Assembly (NCBI RefSeq): GCF_009914755.1
Contig: NC_060925.1
Origin: the human T2T-CHM13v2.0 reference genome, Homo sapiens
DNA: 64,000 nucleotides
Reading direction: 5' to 3' (one strand)
In this document: positions 57,725 through 64,000 of the stretch, piece by piece
Position numbering within the stretch: position 1 is the first letter of the stretch
How the letters are laid out: every line of letters starts with the position of its first letter
Made by a program: the position numbers and the translations under genes
The notes under the pieces: generated by a model
The model's input: the letters and a program-made list of their open reading frames with translations, nothing else
Told to the model about the DNA's origin: nothing
Databases searched by the model: none

Positions 57725-59032
57725 ATGGAATCGTCATCGAATGAATTGACTGCAATCATCGAATGGTCTCGAATGGAATCATCTTCAAATGGAATGGAAT
57801 GGAATCATCGCATAGAATCGAATGGAATTATCATCGAATGGAATCGAATGGAATCAACATCAAACGGAAAAAAACGGAATTATCGAATGGAATCGAAGAG
57901 AATCATCGAATGGACCCGAATGGAATCATCTAATGGAATGGAATGGAATAATCCATGGACTCGAATGCAATCATCATCGAATGGAATCGAATGGAATCAT
58001 CGAATGGACTCGAATGGAATAATCATTGAACGGAAACGAATGGAATCATCATCGGATGGAAATGAATGGAATCATCATCGAATGGAATCGAATAGAATTA
58101 TGGAATGAAATCCAGTGTGATCATCATCGAATGGACCCGAATGGAATCATCATCCAACGGAAGCTAATGGAATCAACATCGAATGAATCGAATGGAAACA
58201 CCATCGAATTGAAACGAATGGAATTATCATGAAATTGAAATGGATGGACTCATCATCGAATGGATTCGAATGGAATCATCGAATAAAATTGATTGAAATC
58301 ATCATCGAATGGAATCGAATGGTATCATTGAATGGAATCGAATGGAATCATCATCAGATGGAAATGAATGGAATCGTCATAGAATGGAATCGAATGGATT
58401 CATTGAATGGAATCAGATGGAATCATCGAATGGACTGGAATGGAATCATTGAATGGACTCGAAAGGGATCATGATTGAATGGAATTGAATGGAATCATCG
58501 AATGGTCTCGATTGGAATCATTATCAAATGGAATCGAATGGAATCACCGAATAGAATCGAATGGAACAATCATCGAATGGACTCAAATGGAATTATCCTC
58601 AAATGGAATCGAATGGAATTATCGAATGCAATCGAATGGAATTATCGATTGCAATCGAATAGAATCATCGAATGGACTCGAATGGAATCATCGAATGGAA
58701 TGGAATGGAACAGTCAATGAACTCGAATGGAATCATCATTGAATGGAATCGAATGGAATCATCGAGTGGAATCGAATGGAATTATGATCAAATGGAATCG
58801 AATGTAATCATCATCAAATGGAATCAAAAATAACCATCATCAATTGGTATTGAATGGAATTGTCATCAAATGGAATTCAAAGGAATCATCATCAAATGGA
58901 ACCGAATGGAATCCTCATTGAATGGAAATGAAAGGGGTCATCATCTAATGGAATCGCATGGAATCATCATCTAATGGAATCGAATGGAATCATCATCAAA
59001 TGGAATCTAATGGAATCATTGAACAGAATGGA
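57257..59032 (+). repeat. Representative canonical 1,776-bp repeat unit (module A1 + module A2 + single-copy B/C block)
   Basis: A1 at 57257 (TTCTAATGGAAAGG, GGTATCAACACC, ATCTTCGAACGG). A2 at 57725 (ATTGACTGC, TTCAAATGGAATGG). B block from ~58090 (GAAATCCAGTGTG, AAAATTGATTG). C block with AAAAATAACC, CAATTGGTATT, GAATTC, AAAGGGGTC. Next A1 starts at 59033 and 60809 are 1,776 apart. Confidence 0.92.
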
Positions 59033-62000
59033 ATGGAATCGTCATCGAATGAATTGAATGCAATCATCGAATGGTCTCGAATGGAATCATCTTCTAATGG
59101 AAAGGAATGGAATCATCGCATAGAATCGAATGGAATTATCATCGAATGGAATCGAATGGTATCAACACCAAACGGAAAAAAACGGAATTATCGAATGGAA
59201 TCGAAGAGAATCTTCGAACGGACCCGAATGGAATCATCTAATGGAATGGAATGGAATAATCCATGGACTCGAATGCAATCATCATCGAATGGAATCGAAT
59301 GGAATCATCGAATGGACTCGAATGGAATAATCATTGAACGGAATCGATTGGAATCATCATCGAATGGAAACGAATGGAATCATCATCGAATGGAAATGAA
59401 AGGAGTCATCATCTAATGGAATTGCATGGAATCATCATAAAATGGAATCGAATGGAATCAACATCAATTGGAATCAAATGGAATCATTGAACGGAATTGA
59501 ATGGAATCGTCATCGAATGAATTGACTGCAATCATCCAATGGTCTCGAATGGAATCATCTTCAAATGGAATGGAATGGAATCATCGCATAGAATCGAATG
59601 GAATTATCATCGAATGGAATCGAATGGAATCAACATCCAACGGAAAAAAACGGAATTATCGAATGGAATCGAAGAGAATCATCGAATGGACCCGAATGGA
59701 ATCATCTAATGGAATGGAATGGAATAATCCATGGACTCGAATGCAATCATCATCGAATGGAATCGAATGGAATCATCGAATGGACTCGAATGGAATAATC
59801 ATTGAATGGAATCGAATGGAATCATCATCGGATGGAAATGAATGGAATCATCATCGAATGGAATCGAATAGAATTATGGAATGAAATCCAGTGTGATCAT
59901 CATCGAATGGACCCGAATGGAATCATCATCCAACGGAAGCTAATGGAATCAACATCGAATGAATCGAATGGAAACACCATCGAATTGAAACGAATGGAAT
60001 TATCATGAAATTGAAATGGATGGACTCATCATCGAATGGATTCGAATGGAATCATCGAATAAAATTGATTGAAATCATCATCGAATGGAATCGAATGGTA
60101 TCATTGAATGGAATCGAATGGAATCATCATCAGATGGAAATGAATGGAATCGTCATAGAATGGAATCGAATGGATTCATTGAATGGAATCAGATGGAATC
60201 ATCGAATGGACTGGAATGGAATCATTGAATGGACTCGAAAGGGATCATGATTGAATGGAATTGAATGGAATCATCGAATGGTCTCGATTGGAATCATTAT
60301 CAAATGGAATCGAATGGAATCACCGAATAGAATCGAATGGAACAATCATCGAATGGACTCAAATGGAATTATCCTCAAATGGAATCGAATGGAATTATCG
60401 AATGCAATCGAATGGAATTATCGAATGCAATCGAATAGAATCATCGAATGGACTCGAATGGAATCATCGAATGGAATGGAATGGAACAGTCAATGAACTC
60501 GAATGGAATCATCATTGAATGGAATCGAATGGAATCATCGAGTGGAATCGAATGGAATTATGATCAAATGGAATCGAATGTAATCATCATCAAATGGAAT
60601 CAAAAATAACCATCATCAATTGGTATTGAATGGAATTGTCATCAAATGGAATTCAAAGGAATCATCATCAAATGGAACCGAATGGAATCCTCATTGAATG
60701 GAAATGAAAGGGGTCATCATCTAATGGAATCGCATGGAATCATCATCTAATGGAATCGAATGGAATCATCATCAAATGGAATCTAATGGAATCATTGAAC
60801 AGAATTGAATGGAATCGTCATCGAATGAATTGAATGCAATCATCGAATGGTCTCGAATGGAATCATCTTCTAATGGAAAGGAATGGAATCATCGCATAGA
60901 ATCGAATGGAATTATCATCGAATGGAATCGAATGGTATCAACACCAAACGGAAAAAAACGGAATTATCGAATGGAATCGAAGAGAATCTTCGAACGGACC
61001 CGAATGGAATCATCTAATGGAATGGAATGGAATAATCCATGGACTCGAATGCAATCATCATCGAATGGAATCGAATGGAATCATCGAATGGACTCGAATG
61101 GAATAATCATTGAACGGAATCGAATGGAATCATCATCGGATGGAAACGAATGGAATCATCATCGAATGGAAATGAAAGGAGTCATCATCTAATGGAATTG
61201 CATGGAATCATCATAAAATGGAATCGAATGGAATCAACATCAAATGGAATCAAATGGAATCATTGAACGGAATTGAATGGAATCGTCATCGAATGAATTG
61301 ACTGCAATCATCGAATGGTCTCGAATGGAATCATCTTCAAATGGAATGGAATGGAATCATCGCATAGAATCGAATGGAATTATCATCGAATGGAATCGAA
61401 TGGAATCAACATCAAACGGAAAAAAACGGAATTATCGAATGGAATCGAAGAGAATCATCGAATGGACCCGAATGGAATCATCTAATGGAATGGAATGGAA
61501 TAATCCATGGACTCGAATGCAATCATCATCGAATGGAATCGAATGGAATCATCGAATGAACTCGAATGGAATCATCATTGAATGGAATCGAATGGAATCA
61601 TCGAGTGGAATCGAATGGAATTATGATCAAATGGAATCGAATGTAATCATCATCAAATGGAATCAAAAATAACCATCATCAATTGGTATTGAATGGAATT
61701 GTCATCAAATGGAATTCAAAGGAATCATCATCAAATGGAACCGAATGGAATCCTCATTGAATGGAAATGAAAGGGGTCATCATCTAATGGAATCGCATGG
61801 AATCATCATCAAATGGAATCGAATGGAATCATCATCAAATGGAATCTAATGGAATCATTGAACAGAATTGAATGGAATCGTCATCGAATGAATTGAATGC
61901 AATCATCGAATGGTCTCGAATGGAATCATCTTCTAATGGAAAGGAATGGAATCATCGCATAGAATCGAATGGAATTATCATCGAATGGAATCGAATGGTA

Positions 62001-64000
62001 TCAACACCAAACGGAAAAAAACGGAATTATCGAATGGAATCGAAGAGAATCTTCGAACGGACCCGAATGGAATCATCTAATGGAATGGAATGGAATAATC
62101 CATGGACTCGAATGCAATCATCATCGAATGGAATCGAATGGAATCATCGAATGGACTCGAATGGAATAATCATTGAACGGAATCGAATGGAATCATCATC
62201 GGATGGAAACGAATGGAATCATCATCGAATGGAAATGAAAGGAGTCATCATCTAATGGAATTGCATGGAATCATCATAAAATGGAATCGAATGGAATCAA
62301 CATCAAATGGAATCAAATGGAATCATTGAACGGAATTGAATGGAATCGTCATCGAATGAATTGACTGCAATCATCGAATGGTCTCGAATGGAATCATCTT
62401 CAAATGGAATGGAATGGAATCATCGCATAGAATCGAATGGAATTATCATCGAATGGAATCGAATGGAATCAACATCAAACGGAAAAAAACGGAATTATCG
62501 AATGGAATCGAAGAGAATCATCGAATGGACCTGAATGGAATCATCTAATGGAATGGAATGGAATAATCCATGGACTCCAATGCAATCATCATCGAATGGA
62601 ATCGAATGGAATCATCGAATGGACTCGAATGGAATAATCATTGAACGGAAACGAATGGAATCATCATCGGATGGAAATGAATGGAATCATCATCGAATGG
62701 AATCGAATAGAATTATGGAATGAAATCCAGTGTGATCATCATCGAATGGACCCGAATGGAATCATCATCCAACGGAAGCTAATGGAATCAACATCGAATG
62801 AATCGAATGGAAACACCATCGAATTGAAACGAATGGAATTATCATGAAATTGAAATGGATGGACTCATCATCGAATGGATTCGAATGGAATCATCGAATA
62901 AAATTGATTGAAATCATCATCGAATGGAATCGAATGGTATCATTGAATGGAATCGAATGGAATCATCATCAGATGGAAATGAATGGAATCGTCATAGAAT
63001 GGAATCGAATGGATTCATTGAATGGAATCAGATGGAATCATTGAATGGACTGGAATGGAATCATTGAATGGACTCGAAAGGGATCATGATTGAATGGAAT
63101 TGAATGGAATCATCGAATGGTCTCGATTGGAATCATTATCAAATGGAATCGAATGGAATCACCGAATAGAATCGAATGGAACAATCATCGAATGGACTCA
63201 AATGGAATTATCCTCAAATGGAATCGAATGGAATTATCGAATGCAATCGAATGGAATTATCGAATGCAATCGAATAGAATCATCGAATGGACTCGAATGG
63301 AATCATCGAATGGAATGGAATGGAACAGTCAATGAACACGAATGGAATCATCATTGAATGGAATCGAATGGAATCATCGAGTGGAATCGAATGGAATTAT
63401 GATCAAATGGAATCGAATGTAATCATCATCAAATGGAATCAAAAATAACCATCATCAATTGGTATTGAATGGAATTGTCATCAAATGGAATTCAAAGGAA
63501 TCATCATCAAATGGAACCGAATGGAATCCTCATTGAATGGAAATGAAAGGGGTCATCATCTAATGGAATCGCATGGAATCATCATCAAATGGAATCGAAT
63601 GGAATCATCATCAAATGGAATCTAATGGAATCATTGAACAGAATTGAATGGAATGGTCATTGAATGAATTGAATGCAATCATCGAATGGTCTCGAATGGA
63701 ATCATCTTCTAATGGAAAGGAATGGAATCATCGCATAGAATCGAATGGAATTATCATCGAATGGAATCGAATGGTATCAACACCAAACGGAAAAAAACGG
63801 AATTATCGAATGGAATCGAAGAGAATCTTCGAACGGACCCGAATGGAATCATCTAATGGAATAGAATGGAATAATCCATGGACTCGAATGCAATCATCAT
63901 CGAATGGAATCGAATGGAATCATCGAATGGACTCGAATGGAATAATCATTGAACGGAATCGAATGGAATCATCATCGGATGGAAACGAATGGAATCATCA

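Larger units (their letters stand above)
1..64000 (+). repeat. Human satellite II (HSat2/HSATII) pericentromeric tandem array, GAATG-strand orientation; most likely the chr1q12 1.77-kb type (HSat2A, D1Z1/pUC1.77-like)
   Basis: Continuous diverged (GGAAT)n with the HSat2-diagnostic CATCATCGAATGGAATCGAATGG word and dense TCGA sites. Landmark ATGAAATTGAAATGGATGG recurs at exactly 1,776-bp spacing (7413, 9189, 10965, 12741, 14517, 16293; 58229, 60005). One GAATTC per canonical unit (e.g. 9833, 11609) fits the classic 1.77-kb EcoRI repeat. Chromosome assignment is from recalled knowledge, not a search. Confidence 0.96.
56941..64000 (+). repeat. 4,615-bp higher-order repeat (1,063 + 2 x 1,776), about 1.5 copies visible
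   Basis: The same deletion junction ATCATCGAATGAACTCG is at 56941 and 61556, and a shared GAACGGAAACGAA variant at ~58030 and ~62645. Landmarks 57257/61872 and 58229/62844 are all offset by 4615. Confidence 0.82.

Noticed and set aside
193-63357. Several hundred 60-178 aa ORFs (MESSSNELNAIIEW..., MKLKWMDSS..., MELSSNGIEW...) recurring like a gene cluster
   Set aside because: They are overlapping translations of GAATG/ATC words in all three + frames, low in complexity, recurring with the satellite period and freely broken by stops and frameshifts. Database 'hypothetical proteins' of this kind are known satellite artefacts.
1-64000. CRISPR-like repeat/spacer array or other prokaryotic defence system
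   Set aside because: There are no constant repeats separated by unique spacers and no cas or other genes; all sequence is satellite-derived.
1-64000. HSat3 assignment (e.g. DYZ1 or chr9 type)
   Set aside because: Pure (GGAAT)n runs are at most about three copies; CATCATCGAATG words and the 1,776-bp period indicate HSat2.
1-64000. Inversion breakpoint or L1/Alu insertion
   Set aside because: No CATTC-strand segment, poly-A tail or non-satellite sequence was seen on reading the window.
1-64000. High CpG density as a CpG-island promoter
   Set aside because: CpGs lie in the repeated TCGA word of an AT-rich satellite, which is an established HSat2 property rather than a promoter signal.

Overview
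The whole 64 kb is one uninterrupted human satellite II array (HSat2/HSATII), with the GAATG strand on + throughout. It is built from GAATGGAATC/ATC/CGAATG words and has a canonical 1,776-bp repeat carrying one EcoRI site. This matches the chromosome 1q12 'pUC1.77/D1Z1' type (HSat2A). I see no genes, transposon insertions, strand switch or novel protein-coding system; every ORF in the track is a translation artefact of the satellite. What is interesting is the array architecture. (i) Unit length follows 1,308 + n x 468 bp. (ii) A ~20-23.5 kb super-duplication (1-~21.6 kb vs 23.5-~41.8 kb) has two copies that differ by whole-unit gains and losses. (iii) Partial mosaic re-copies lie at 41.8-51.7 kb. 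(iv) There is a short gene-conversion-like tract at 28.3 kb. (v) A domain boundary at ~55.8 kb leads into a more homogeneous sub-array with a 4,615-bp higher-order repeat. Offsets were computed by hand from ORF-track landmarks and diagnostic variants; breakpoints are approximate because of flanking homology.
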